A DNA stretch of 64,000 nucleotides from Faecousia sp. (GCA_045546835.1 JAZQDL010000101.1:3500-67499), one strand, 5' to 3'. Shown: positions 19,430 to 29,533, counted from the stretch's first letter. The notes: a model not told the origin generated them from the letters alone. Translations and numbers: made by a program.

Positions 19430-21319
19430 ATGGGAAGACCTTTTAAGCAAGAGCTCGAATCAATTAGTGAAACATATACATTTTCCTCTAATATCGATAG
19501 TTCCAAATTGGAGAAATATATTCTTAACAACCTCTCTGCGCCTTTTCTTGTTGTCGGATCTGGTGGCTCCTTTGCTGTGGCTCTTAGCTGTGCACTATTG
19601 ATTGATTCTTTAGGAGGCTTTTCAAAAGCCATTACTCCTTTCGAACTAATGAATTCAACGAATGGTCTGCATTCTTATAATGTTATGTTTTTCTCCGCTA
19701 GTGGAAACAATGCTGACATTATTAACGCATATAATTTTTGCAAGAAAAACGAAGCAAGAAGCACATTTGTTTTGTGTATCCGTGAGTCTAGCAAGCTCGT
19801 AGCCGAAGCGAGATCTAAGTATAACGACGATAGCTATCTTGAAATATCGTTGCCCCACGGTAAAGATGGTTTCTTAGCTGTTAACTCCAGCATATGCGCT
19901 TTAAGTATCTTTGAAAAGTCCTTTAACAATATAACTAAGTGTAGCACAAGCAAACCTGTTGACATTGACAGTTCCCTTTCCGATGATGTTCTCGCTTGCT
20001 TAGATGCTCGCTCCATCATTGCTCTTGGCGGCAGGTGGTCAACACCTGTTGTAGCAGACTTCGAGTCAAAATGTACAGAGGCCGGTCTGGCAAATCTAAT
20101 GCCCGCCGATTTGAGAAATTTTGCCCACGGAAGGCATCATTGGATTGCTAAAAACCCCGACACCTCCGTTATTTGTTTTGTTACTTCAAGTGAAAAGACA
20201 CTAGCAGAAAAAACCATCAAATTACTCCCAGCTTCCATTAAAACAGCCATTATTGTTTCTGAACGAGTAGGCATTAGTGCAACAATAGAACTAATGTTTC
20301 AGTTGTTTTATATTGTCCAAAAACTTGGCGAAAACCGAGGAATTGATCCTGGTAAGCCCGGTGTCCCGGAATATGGGAGAAAGTTATATCATCTATGCTA
20401 CAACCCTTTATCTGAAACCGGTTTTTCTTCCCATCACGCAAACAATATACTTGCTCGTACCACTACAAGAAAAGCTAAGCGCATGGGATTGTCCGGGAGC
20501 AACTGTATTGGTATAAGTATAGCTGCTAAAAACTATCTTTCAAGGCTATCCGCTATGTCGTTCGGTGGACTAGTGTTTGATTACGATAATACCATTATAA
20601 AGCAGAATGATGTAACCGATTCAACATATATAGCCTGTATAGAGCATATTAAACACTTTGCAGAAGCAGGTATACCAATCTGTTTTGCAACCGGACGAGG
20701 CAAATCAATTAGGGATCAATTAATTAATCTTATCCCTAAACATTTGCAAGAGATGATATACATTTGTTATTACGGAGGAGCAAGCATTCTTCCTCTTGCA
20801 GAAACTCCTGCCCCTGCAACTAATCACATTGCTCCCGTTCTACAAGAGATTTGTGCTGTATTAGAAGCAGAAACAGCTTTTGCAGATATTACAAAATCGT
20901 TACGAAATACCTGTATTTCTGTTGAGGGTTCAATACCGACCCTAACCAATGTTTATTCTTTTTTAACCCGTAAAATTCTTGAAAATGAAATCTCCGGGGT
21001 CAAGTTAGCAAAATCTGATCATTCAATCGACATAACCCTATCTTCTATATCCAAAAGAAGTGCTATCACTTTTTTAAAGGAAAAGTGTTGCGGCGAAGTT
21101 CTTTGTATAGGCGATTCGGGAGACGAGACTGGAAACGACTATGCTCTTCTAGATCATGAGTATGCACTTAGCGTTGGCTCAATATCAATATCGACAAAAA
21201 CATGTTGGAATATTGCCTCGCTAGGCTTGTCCGGTCCAAATGCAACTTTGGAATATTTGAGCAAACTTAAAATAACCAAAAAGGGATTGTGCTTCTCTAA
21301 AGCATATTTGAAGATATAA
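19430..21319 (+). CDS. SIS (sugar isomerase-like) domains fused to a HAD-IIB phosphatase
   Basis: VVGSGGS, FSASGNNAD, RNFAHGRHHW; HAD motifs FDYDNT, ATGRG, CIGDSGDETGND. Confidence 0.75.
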   Translation: MGRPFKQELESISETYTFSSNIDSSKLEKYILNNLSAPFLVVGSGGSFAVALSCALLIDSLGGFSKAITPFELMNSTNGLHSYNVMFFSASGNNADIINAYNFCKKNEARSTFVLCIRESSKLVAEARSKYNDDSYLEISLPHGKDGFLAVNSSICALSIFEKSFNNITKCSTSKPVDIDSSLSDDVLACLDARSIIALGGRWSTPVVADFESKCTEAGLANLMPADLRNFAHGRHHWIAKNPDTSVICFVTSSEKTLAEKTIKLLPASIKTAIIVSERVGISATIELMFQLFYIVQKLGENRGIDPGKPGVPEYGRKLYHLCYNPLSETGFSSHHANNILARTTTRKAKRMGLSGSNCIGISIAAKNYLSRLSAMSFGGLVFDYDNTIIKQNDVTDSTYIACIEHIKHFAEAGIPICFATGRGKSIRDQLINLIPKHLQEMIYICYYGGASILPLAETPAPATNHIAPVLQEICAVLEAETAFADITKSLRNTCISVEGSIPTLTNVYSFLTRKILENEISGVKLAKSDHSIDITLSSISKRSAITFLKEKCCGEVLCIGDSGDETGNDYALLDHEYALSVGSISISTKTCWNIASLGLSGPNATLEYLSKLKITKKGLCFSKAYLKI

Positions 21320-21342
21320 TCGTCTAATAGGAGGTGAAATGA

Positions 21343-22431
21343 ATGCAGCAAGAATTAGCACAGCGCTTACTCTCTAAGACATTAGATTGGTCTGAAGAGG
21401 AGATAGAAAAATATCGTGAGCTTCTTGATGATTTATCTGAACTGAAATACGATCAATACCAACAATACAAGCCCAGCAGTAGATTTGTTGAGAACCTCTG
21501 CATATGGTTGAATCAGTTTGATGCTAACCACGAAAGAGAGTTGGCTCTTAATTTTATTCTTAACAACTTGGTATTCATTTCTCCGGCGGAAATGCAGCAT
21601 TTAGTGAATACCGTTTATCCCGAGTTAGTATTGCCCTTTTTAGAAAAACAGGCTAAAACGCTCATTAATGAGAACTGCGGCGAGCCGAGTCTGACAGAAA
21701 ATGTCACAAAAGTTATTTCAAGACAATCATTATTTTTAGCAATGAGCGATGGGGCACGAATCGATGTGTTCCGTAGATTTAGCAAGCTGGATCACGATCA
21801 AGTCTGCGTAAGCTATGATTTATCTGATACAAAATTTGACGAAATTATTAACGAAATGAAGGAGCGAACCAAAGACTTATCCTCCAAAATGTCTTTGCCT
21901 ACAGATTACTTATCAGACACTTTTAGAAATGTGTTTCTGCTTGATGACTTTTCTGGAAGTGGCATTAGTTACCTTAGGCGCGAAAACGGGAAATGGAAAG
22001 GCAAAATTGATAAAGTTCTTAACCATCTAAAGAAAGAAAAAATCCTTGGTTCTAGCAAAGACACTAAGCCGGAGATTCATATAATAATTTACTTAATCAC
22101 CGAGCAAGCATATCAAGCCTTACAGAAAAACCTTGCGGAATACTGTAAGGGAAAAAATTACTCCATTCACGTTCATTATTTGCAAAAAATCGAACGTGTA
22201 GAATTAACCGACGAACAAGAAGCCTGGTTGAAAAAGTACTATATTCCGAGTATTGTTGAAGACTCGCATTACAAGAAAGGAAATATGGACAATCCCCACC
22301 ATGGCTTTGACGGATGTTCATTGGCATTAGTATTGTATCACAATACGCCTAACAACTCTCTGCCTATTCTTTGGGCTGGAGAGAATGCTCTTTTCCCTAG
22401 AGTGACACGACATAAGGATGTGAGAGAATAA
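21343..22431 (+). CDS. Phosphoribosyltransferase-like protein
   Basis: PRPP-loop-like VFLLDDFSGSG; C-terminal HNTPNNSLPILW..LFPR; AGGAGG RBS. Confidence 0.7.
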   Translation: MQQELAQRLLSKTLDWSEEEIEKYRELLDDLSELKYDQYQQYKPSSRFVENLCIWLNQFDANHERELALNFILNNLVFISPAEMQHLVNTVYPELVLPFLEKQAKTLINENCGEPSLTENVTKVISRQSLFLAMSDGARIDVFRRFSKLDHDQVCVSYDLSDTKFDEIINEMKERTKDLSSKMSLPTDYLSDTFRNVFLLDDFSGSGISYLRRENGKWKGKIDKVLNHLKKEKILGSSKDTKPEIHIIIYLITEQAYQALQKNLAEYCKGKNYSIHVHYLQKIERVELTDEQEAWLKKYYIPSIVEDSHYKKGNMDNPHHGFDGCSLALVLYHNTPNNSLPILWAGENALFPRVTRHKDVRE

Positions 22432-24377
22432 TGTTACCACGAAACCCCTTTGATACAACATATGCTGAAATGGTGGACTCTAGTGAAACATTCACCGCGC
22501 TCTTTGATCATACTGTCATTGACACAAAAACTGCGGATGACACGCCATTTATATCTGAAGAAATGTTTGAACGCATTGTTTTTTTCTCTTCATCCCCTGG
22601 AGGCGGTAAGTCTTCAATATTTCATTTTTTCTCCCCCGATGTTCTTAACTGTATAGTCCAGTCTCAAAAGCAAAATCCTGACAGTTATGCATTTTTGGAG
22701 GAGCTAGGAGTAATTGTTTCAAATAGTGTACGTCTCTTAGGTATCCAAATTTCATGTGCACGCAACTACGAAATTATTGAGGATATTTATGAAAATGGCA
22801 TTAGTACACAAATATTTTTTGCTTTACTTAATGTTAGAATCCTCAAGGAAGCTTTGAAAAGCATACTTGCTCTTAAAAAGACAGACGGGCGAGATTTAGA
22901 TCGAATTTCTTTTGTAGATATCCCTGCTGAATTAAGCGCTGTTTTTGATGCCAACTGGACAGGGAAAGATTTTTACACTTGGGCATGTGAAGAAGAGAAA
23001 AAAATATGTGCTTCTATAAATAATATGGAGTCATCTCAGCCCGTTGCTTTTATACACAATTACTTGTCAATTGTACAGCTTTTCGAGTCTACAAAAGTGT
23101 TGTATGATGGAAAGCAAGTGGTGGACAAAGTGTTGTTTATGCTTGACGATATTCACAAACTTACTATACAGCAGCGCAGCGTCTTAAGAGAGAGTTTGTT
23201 TACCGTGCGAGCGCGCGTAGGTGTTTGGCTCGCTCAGCGAAGCTATGCCTTGGATGAGAACGAACTTTTAGGTAAGGATGGTATTTCCGGACGTGACTAC
23301 ATCTCAAGGAAGCTTGAAGATCAACGTGAAGGAGGACGAACCAAATCCTTTTACAAAACTCTTGAATCAATAGCCGATCGCAGAGTAAAAGCAAATACGT
23401 CAATTGATATAAATTCTTTTAGTTCATGTATTAGCGACAGAATTGATTGGTCTCTTGATAAAGATAGTTACAAAAAACTGTGTGCAGCTTATGATAATCT
23501 GCAAGAAGAAGTCCTTAAATATGTGTCATTAAACGAAGAAACGTACTGCAACTCGGATAGCCACATTGATTTGTTTGAAAAAACTATCACATTGAGAGCA
23601 GTCAAAATTCTCATAGATCGGAAACTGAATAACCAACAGTTGGCTATTAGTGATTATTTTTTAGCGCCAGCAGAAGACGAATTATACAAAGTTATATGCG
23701 ACAACACACTTAGGTCAATAGCAGAGTATTATCTTTGTATAGAGAACTCTCTCCCGTTTTATTACGGAAAAGACAAGCTATTTCTCTTATCGTTTAATAA
23801 CGTATATCAATTTCTAAGTTGCTGTGGGCATATTTTCGAAAGAAGACTATCCTATAAATATGCCAGCAAAAAACGACATATCACCACCGTCTCGCCACTT
23901 GAGCAGGATCGTATACTCTCAAAACTAGCAAAAAAACGCTGGGATGAACTGGATGTAATGTATTCAAATTCTCGACAAATTAAAATGCTGTTAGAAAACA
24001 TTGCATCTATGGGAATACTCACAAGAGAAATTGGCACTGCATCTTACTCTGGAGGGGCATATACAGGAATCGGTATACGAGATCCTTTGTTAAACAGCAT
24101 TATAAGTGAAGAAAAATATAGTGCCGTAAAATCCTTGCTAGCTACATGTGTTTCGGGAAATCTTTTAAGAATGAAAGCAGGAAAGCAAGGATCCAAAGAT
24201 GAACCCGTCACAGTTTTTTATCTCAATCGTTGGATATGTGTGCACTTCAAACTTCCTTTGGCATATGGAGGATGGAAACCGTGCAATATGGAACTTTTGA
24301 ATAAAATCTGCACCGAACAAATTGAGAGTCTTAATTCGAATTTACATTTTACAAATGGGGGCTTTCTTAATGAATAA
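22431..24377 (+). CDS. P-loop ATPase (ORC/Cdc6- or STAND-like, tentative)
   Basis: Walker A-like SSPGGGKSS, Walker B-like LFMLDD; TAATG overlap with the upstream gene. Confidence 0.65.
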   Translation: MLPRNPFDTTYAEMVDSSETFTALFDHTVIDTKTADDTPFISEEMFERIVFFSSSPGGGKSSIFHFFSPDVLNCIVQSQKQNPDSYAFLEELGVIVSNSVRLLGIQISCARNYEIIEDIYENGISTQIFFALLNVRILKEALKSILALKKTDGRDLDRISFVDIPAELSAVFDANWTGKDFYTWACEEEKKICASINNMESSQPVAFIHNYLSIVQLFESTKVLYDGKQVVDKVLFMLDDIHKLTIQQRSVLRESLFTVRARVGVWLAQRSYALDENELLGKDGISGRDYISRKLEDQREGGRTKSFYKTLESIADRRVKANTSIDINSFSSCISDRIDWSLDKDSYKKLCAAYDNLQEEVLKYVSLNEETYCNSDSHIDLFEKTITLRAVKILIDRKLNNQQLAISDYFLAPAEDELYKVICDNTLRSIAEYYLCIENSLPFYYGKDKLFLLSFNNVYQFLSCCGHIFERRLSYKYASKKRHITTVSPLEQDRILSKLAKKRWDELDVMYSNSRQIKMLLENIASMGILTREIGTASYSGGAYTGIGIRDPLLNSIISEEKYSAVKSLLATCVSGNLLRMKAGKQGSKDEPVTVFYLNRWICVHFKLPLAYGGWKPCNMELLNKICTEQIESLNSNLHFTNGGFLNE

Positions 24378-25464
24378 CAAATGGGAAAGACGCCAAATTA
24401 TTACGCAAGGTAACCTTTCTGAATGGTTCAAGTCGAATTACTCATCCGACAAACGTTTCTTGTATATTCTTGGCATGGGCTTTGATAGACGCATGTGTGA
24501 TGGAGTTCAGAAATTCCTGCAAACAGGGATTCCTTTTACCCTGTGGAAAGTTACCTTCGATGAGGGTGCAACATCCCCGTCTAGGGATTATATTGGTGAT
24601 AGCAATAAAAACAAAGAGCTTCTAGAGTCTATTACTACCAACATTCCATCTCAAGAAAAACACATTACTTTTTGGCAAAACGACGGAAGAAACAGCCGTT
24701 ATATTGCAGAAATAAGTGCATGCAAGGTAATCAAAACCTCTTCGAACGAACTAGGTACATTTTCTGACATAATATTTGACATAAGCGCTTTGCCCCAATC
24801 AATTTATCTTTGTATGCTCAATATGTTACTAACATGTTGCACTAAAGAGCAAAATATTTATATAATGGTTAACGAAAATTATACCATAGATTTAAGGACC
24901 GAGCCTGTCGAGATTGATGAGTTTGCACATGAAATGCAAGGTTTTTCCGCTCCTACGGAAGATTTAGAAAGTGTATTGGTATGGTATCCAATATTAGGCG
25001 AAGTTAACTCACCGCTCCTAAAAAAGCACTACGATTTTCTGATTAATAGCTCAAAGCATATCGATGAAATTTGTCCCGTTGTCCCCTTCCCTGCGGTAGA
25101 TGTTAGGAGATCTGATGATATTTTAACTGGTTACAGGAAAGAACTATTTAGTGACTGGAAAATTGATAAAAAGAATATTATCTATGCTTCCGAAACTAAT
25201 CCGTTGAGAGTGCGTGAAAGTTTGTACGAAACCTCTATGCACTATAAAAAGGTGCTTGCTCCTTTAGGTGAATGCAAATTTGTTTTTTCTGCAATTACAA
25301 GCAAACTTATGTCAATAGGTGTATTTCTGGCTGCTTTCGATCTAAAAAGAAAAAATGTAAATGTTAGTCTTTTAAACGTCAATAATAAAGGATATAAAAT
25401 CACACAGCAGGACGACAATACTATTAGTAGTAATTTAACATGTCTTCTACTGTCAAACTTCTAA
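24370..25464 (+). CDS. Hypothetical alpha/beta protein, fourth gene of the operon
   Basis: 364-aa ORF overlapping the ATPase stop by 8 nt; motifs LGMGFDRR, FDISALP, PVVPFP, SKLMSIG. Confidence 0.7.
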   Translation: MNNKWERRQIITQGNLSEWFKSNYSSDKRFLYILGMGFDRRMCDGVQKFLQTGIPFTLWKVTFDEGATSPSRDYIGDSNKNKELLESITTNIPSQEKHITFWQNDGRNSRYIAEISACKVIKTSSNELGTFSDIIFDISALPQSIYLCMLNMLLTCCTKEQNIYIMVNENYTIDLRTEPVEIDEFAHEMQGFSAPTEDLESVLVWYPILGEVNSPLLKKHYDFLINSSKHIDEICPVVPFPAVDVRRSDDILTGYRKELFSDWKIDKKNIIYASETNPLRVRESLYETSMHYKKVLAPLGECKFVFSAITSKLMSIGVFLAAFDLKRKNVNVSLLNVNNKGYKITQQDDNTISSNLTCLLLSNF

Positions 25465-25478
25465 AACTGGTGGGTGTT

Positions 25479-26495
25479 ATGAAAAAAACAAAGATACTTG
25501 GTGCAGGATTAATGTGTATAGATGTTGTTCATAACCAGAAGCAAACAACAATAATGAACGGAGGTTCCTGTGCAAATGTTATTTCTGTCCTGTCACAAAT
25601 TGGTTTTGATTGCAGTATAATTCGCGAGAGATATTCAGACCAATTTGAAGCAATATTGTCAAAAACCCTTGCTTCACTTGGTGTAAAAGAAATAATTTAT
25701 AAAAGGACTGCCGCGAAAACACCAAGAATAATCGAAATACTTGAGAATAATGGGCATGACTTTTTTACCTGTTGTCCAAATTGCGGTGAAAAGATATTAA
25801 AGCTACCGCTTCCCACTGAACGAGACTTGGGATGTATGGATATTGATTTTGGTGAATTCGATTATTTTTATTGTGATAGATCTTCTCCAGGCATAAGGAA
25901 GATAATGGACATTATTCGGGAACATCACGGACTAGTTGTGTATGAACCAAATACAGCTAGAAATATTGATAGTCTCTTGAAGAGTGCAAGCCATGCCGAT
26001 ATCGTTAAGTTTTCCTCGGATAGAGTATTCCCTAGCATCGCTGAACGCATTAGGACAACAGTAAAAGGTCTTAAGCTGCTCATTTCCACTCAGGGTCAAG
26101 AAGGCCTGTGCTTTTCACACATTCAAGAAAATGGTGAAATGTCCGACTGGGTTCATTTACCTTCTGAATTCTGTGGACCTGTGATTGATTCGTCCGGTGC
26201 TGGTGATTGGTTGACAGCCGGCTTTATATCTGAATTGATAAAAACTAATATCTCCGTTTCAATTAACCAGTTCTACGATCAAAAACAGATTTCAAATATG
26301 CTTACTCAAGGAATGAAATACTCCCATCTTTGCTGTGCTGCAGTAGGTGCTCAAGGCGTATTTTACTCAGAGCAATCAGTTGGAGCGTTTAACAAACTAA
26401 ATAATCACTACAATGATCTTACTAGTAGTGTTCTAGGGAATGAGGATTTTTCAACCGATGGTCTTTGCCCGTTGTGCCTTTCAAAAATAAGCTAA
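25479..26495 (+). CDS. PfkB/ribokinase-family kinase with two CxxC motifs
   Basis: GAGLMCIDVV, GGSCANV, YEPN, VIDSSGAGDWLTAGF; CPNC and CPLC. Confidence 0.85.
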   Translation: MKKTKILGAGLMCIDVVHNQKQTTIMNGGSCANVISVLSQIGFDCSIIRERYSDQFEAILSKTLASLGVKEIIYKRTAAKTPRIIEILENNGHDFFTCCPNCGEKILKLPLPTERDLGCMDIDFGEFDYFYCDRSSPGIRKIMDIIREHHGLVVYEPNTARNIDSLLKSASHADIVKFSSDRVFPSIAERIRTTVKGLKLLISTQGQEGLCFSHIQENGEMSDWVHLPSEFCGPVIDSSGAGDWLTAGFISELIKTNISVSINQFYDQKQISNMLTQGMKYSHLCCAAVGAQGVFYSEQSVGAFNKLNNHYNDLTSSVLGNEDFSTDGLCPLCLSKIS

Positions 26496-26656
26496 CACAA
26501 TTTAAACAACCCCTGTTTGCATTCGCCTAATACGGTATCCTCGGCTGTTCTGTGTGGTACATCCGTGTTTTAGCTATAAGACCATCGTATATCTTGTTTT
26601 GCTCTGAGAATTCCACAGAACTCTAAGCAACATTAGTCACATCCCAACATTAATAA

Positions 26657-26692
26657 AAAACCGACTTCTTTTCAAGGAAAGGAGTCGGTTTT
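26657..26692. terminator. Bidirectional intrinsic terminator between convergent blocks
   Basis: AAAACCGACTTCTTTTC-AAG-GAAAGGAGTCGGTTTT. Confidence 0.7.
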
Positions 26693-26703
26693 CTAATGTT
26701 TAA

Positions 26704-27336
26704 TTAGAGTATACCTTTTGTAAACAGATTTAATTGACCTTCAAGGACTGGCACTTCAGAGTCCACATAATTAGTGTAGCTTTTAAGTATCCACATAGCC
26801 GGTCTGATTCCTTCTATGTTTTGTGTACCGCTCATGCTCTCATAGTTGCCATCTTCCAAAACCATTAGGCCTGCTGAATCATATGCACCTTTATCCCTCA
26901 ACCACCAGGCATTTGTGTCCTTTCTGTCTTCTTCAATCGCACACTGAGCCCACTGGCTCTTTTCCTGGATTCTGGAAATGGGATCTGGAAAATACTTTTC
27001 CACTTCCTCAAAGCTCAATAAAAACAGCTCGTCTTGCGTCCAACCACAACGCATTCCATAAACATCCTCTGTCTCCACATCTGTTCTTTGGATGTAATGC
27101 CTTTCTTCGGACTTAAAAGCCTCATAATAGAATTCTGAATTCAGCCATTTTCGAATATCACTCTTTTCCCATCCGTTTCCTGATAGATCAAAGGGGCGTG
27201 AAGCAAGTGCCTTTTTTGAGACAATAAAAAGAACGTCTTCATTTTCATCTAGTACCAGCCATTCGATCTTCTCTTTTTCCAGGGTCTCATCTTTATAATA
27301 TTTCCCAAAGTAAATTGTCTTCATTTCATTCTCCAC
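26704..27336 (-). CDS. DUF6273-like protein
   Basis: IYFGKY, IEWLVL, WEKSDIRKWLNSEFY, LFLLSFEEV, WWLR, GIRPAMWI. Confidence 0.7.
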   Translation of the reverse strand: MENEMKTIYFGKYYKDETLEKEKIEWLVLDENEDVLFIVSKKALASRPFDLSGNGWEKSDIRKWLNSEFYYEAFKSEERHYIQRTDVETEDVYGMRCGWTQDELFLLSFEEVEKYFPDPISRIQEKSQWAQCAIEEDRKDTNAWWLRDKGAYDSAGLMVLEDGNYESMSGTQNIEGIRPAMWILKSYTNYVDSEVPVLEGQLNLFTKGIL

Positions 27337-27345
27337 ACTCTAAGC

Positions 27346-28044
27346 TTAACATAGTTCCAATCGTATCTCATTATTGTTTTTGATCAGGCTGTTGGCTGCA
27401 AGGATGGCATAATGGATGATACGCTGCAGCGGTTCTTTCTTAGGTAAGTACTTGATCCCTGAAAACACATTTACAATATCTTCAGGCAGCAGCACAAGAT
27501 GATCTTTAAATTTATTTAGGTCCCGTTCCTGTTCGCAAACCGGTTCTCCCGTATAGAATCGTCCTTTTCGGACTGCCTCACTAAGCTTATAGGCTTCTTC
27601 TTCATTCATATACTGGCATAGATATTCCCGAAGCTCTTCCCGGCAAGTAAAGGGACAATTCACATCTTTCTCATCAAATTCACCCGAAATTAAAGAATAT
27701 ACACGCACATAATCATCCTCAGTTTTGGGATTTAAGACTTTGAGAAAGGTTTCATTTCTCTTTGCATCTTCTCTGTTGCAATAGAGTATATGACTAAGCT
27801 GAGAATGCTGACCCAGAAAAGCTTGTTGCAACACTTCCCGAGTTTCCTCTGTAATTTCACCGGACAGATCCGCATTATAGGACAGCGACCGGATCAACTC
27901 TAAAACCGGTTGGTATATCCCGTATTCATCCAAATCTGCCGGATGGAGTACACCATCCGGTGTTTGGAGCGCCATATATTTGCGACAGATAATTAATGTT
28001 CCCTCATCTACTGGGATTTTCTCAACAATTACTTCACTAAACAT
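27346..28044 (-). CDS. Hypothetical protein with a PolC finger-region-like C-terminus
   Basis: CREELREYL..AYKLSEAVRKG..IKYLPKK resembles PolC CRDDIMVYL..AFKIMESVRKG..IKYMFPKAH. Confidence 0.55.
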   Translation of the reverse strand: MFSEVIVEKIPVDEGTLIICRKYMALQTPDGVLHPADLDEYGIYQPVLELIRSLSYNADLSGEITEETREVLQQAFLGQHSQLSHILYCNREDAKRNETFLKVLNPKTEDDYVRVYSLISGEFDEKDVNCPFTCREELREYLCQYMNEEEAYKLSEAVRKGRFYTGEPVCEQERDLNKFKDHLVLLPEDIVNVFSGIKYLPKKEPLQRIIHYAILAANSLIKNNNEIRLELC

Positions 28045-28045
28045 A

Positions 28046-28399
28046 TCAGTACCTTTTTCTATCCGTTTTAATCAGTTCGCCGCAACCAAGGAAAGCTTCA
28101 TCATCTATCATCAACATCCCTTCAGGGATAGAAATGGTCATTAATGATTTACAGTATCCAAAGGCTCTTCGCTCAATAAATTTAGCACTTTCAGGTAAGT
28201 TTACTTCTGTAAGATTGAGACACTCATAGAAGGCATGTTCCCCAATAGTTGTAACACCCTCAGGTATAATAACCTTTGTAATATCCTGACCGGCAAAGGC
28301 TTTGTTTCCAATTATAGTTATTCCCTTTGGGACAACTACCTCTTTGCTTTTACCGGCATACCTAACCAAGATTCTGTTTTCAATAATAAAGTCACTCAT
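28046..28399 (-). CDS. Small BspA-type leucine-rich-repeat protein
   Basis: Repeats of IPEGVTTIGEHAFYECLNL. Confidence 0.8.
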   Translation of the reverse strand: MSDFIIENRILVRYAGKSKEVVVPKGITIIGNKAFAGQDITKVIIPEGVTTIGEHAFYECLNLTEVNLPESAKFIERRAFGYCKSLMTISIPEGMLMIDDEAFLGCGELIKTDRKRY

Positions 28400-28410
28400 G
28401 CCCCTACACC

Positions 28411-29019
28411 TTACATAACTGTGAGTTTTCTTTTATATTCTTCCAGCTTCTCCATTCTTTCTTTACTGTCAGAGAAATATGGATCCTGTTCTGCCCTGTC
28501 AATAAATATTGTTACCAGCTCGTTGATTTCAGTAATTGTAAAAGGAGAGATTTCGCACTGCTCATAATCTATTTCTGTTAGGATCAATTCAAAGAAATCA
28601 AAGGGATCAATTTCCACATTACCAGAGACCAAGGTTTTCAAAACATGAATGTTACTGCCTGAAGATAAGTAGCCTGCTGCCTGATTGAGCATTAGGATGT
28701 AGTGCTCTTCCATTTTGTCATTTGGATTACAATTGTGATAACAGTATATCGCCTTTAGCATATTGGGGAAAAACTCTGTAATAGGATGTTTTTCACTTAA
28801 GAACAGGATTACAAACAGGCTCAGATCATTTCCATCTTCCCTATACTGCTTCATCGCCAGGGCTATTCGATCATAGGCAAACTGGTCAATGATTTCTTCT
28901 AGGGTTTCAGGTCCATCTTTAGATTCAATTTCATCCAGGTCAACCTCTTCCAGCTCTGGACCATCCATGTTAAAGACTTCAACATCTGTAGTTTCTTCTT
29001 CCAACCAGTCAGGCTTCAT
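28411..29019 (-). CDS. Acidic hypothetical protein
   Basis: 202-aa ORF, AGGAGG RBS, co-oriented with the cluster. Confidence 0.65.
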   Translation of the reverse strand: MKPDWLEEETTDVEVFNMDGPELEEVDLDEIESKDGPETLEEIIDQFAYDRIALAMKQYREDGNDLSLFVILFLSEKHPITEFFPNMLKAIYCYHNCNPNDKMEEHYILMLNQAAGYLSSGSNIHVLKTLVSGNVEIDPFDFFELILTEIDYEQCEISPFTITEINELVTIFIDRAEQDPYFSDSKERMEKLEEYKRKLTVM

Positions 29020-29110
29020 TCTTTGTTCCCTCCTATCAACTCATAAAAACCAACAGCGGCAGAGGAACCTGCCGCTGCTGCAATGTAGCTTTCAGTATAG
29101 AATTCTTCTT

Positions 29111-29269
29111 TTAATGACGTTCAATTTTACGGACTTTCAGGTTGGGGTATTTTGCCATAAATCTCATAAGGGCAATAGACTCACTAGTCGCATGTACGAA
29201 GGTAGTACCCTGATCGTGGTAAACTACCCAAAGAGAAGCATTTCCTTCGTATGATGTAAATCCATCCAT
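29111..29269 (-). CDS. 52-aa small protein (absent from the ORF track)
   Basis: GGAGGT RBS; MDGFTSYEGNASLWVVYHDQGTTFVHATSESIALMRFYGKYPNLKVRKIERH; resembles the adjacent 61-aa ORF; hairpin at about 29054-29077 follows. Confidence 0.6.
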   Translation of the reverse strand: MDGFTSYEGNASLWVVYHDQGTTFVHATSESIALMRFMAKYPNLKVRKIERH

Positions 29270-29314
29270 AAACTTTACCTCCATTTATATTTTTCTTATA
29301 AGCAATCAGGTTGC

Positions 29315-29500
29315 CTATTTTAAAAGTTTTTCGCACCGTTCTATGGTGAAATATTGTCCTGCATATTGCTGCATGAAGGTACGCATAGCCATTTGCTTGC
29401 AGTCTGCCTCCACAAAGGCAACACCGCGCACACCACCATTCATAACCTTTGGGACATAAACGATCTTCCAGGTCTCAAGAGGACCATAATAGCTAGCCAT
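29315..29500 (-). CDS. 61-aa small protein
   Basis: GAGGG RBS; W.IVY...G..FVEA.....AM..F...Y pattern shared with 29111-29269. Confidence 0.6.
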   Translation of the reverse strand: MASYYGPLETWKIVYVPKVMNGGVRGVAFVEADCKQMAMRTFMQQYAGQYFTIERCEKLLK

Positions 29501-29533
29501 AGTGAAAACCCTCTAAAAGAATGTCAAATAACA

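Noticed and set aside
29111-29269. Apparent frameshift in the 52-aa ORF
   Set aside because: Base-by-base re-reading shows an intact frame to TAA at 29111.
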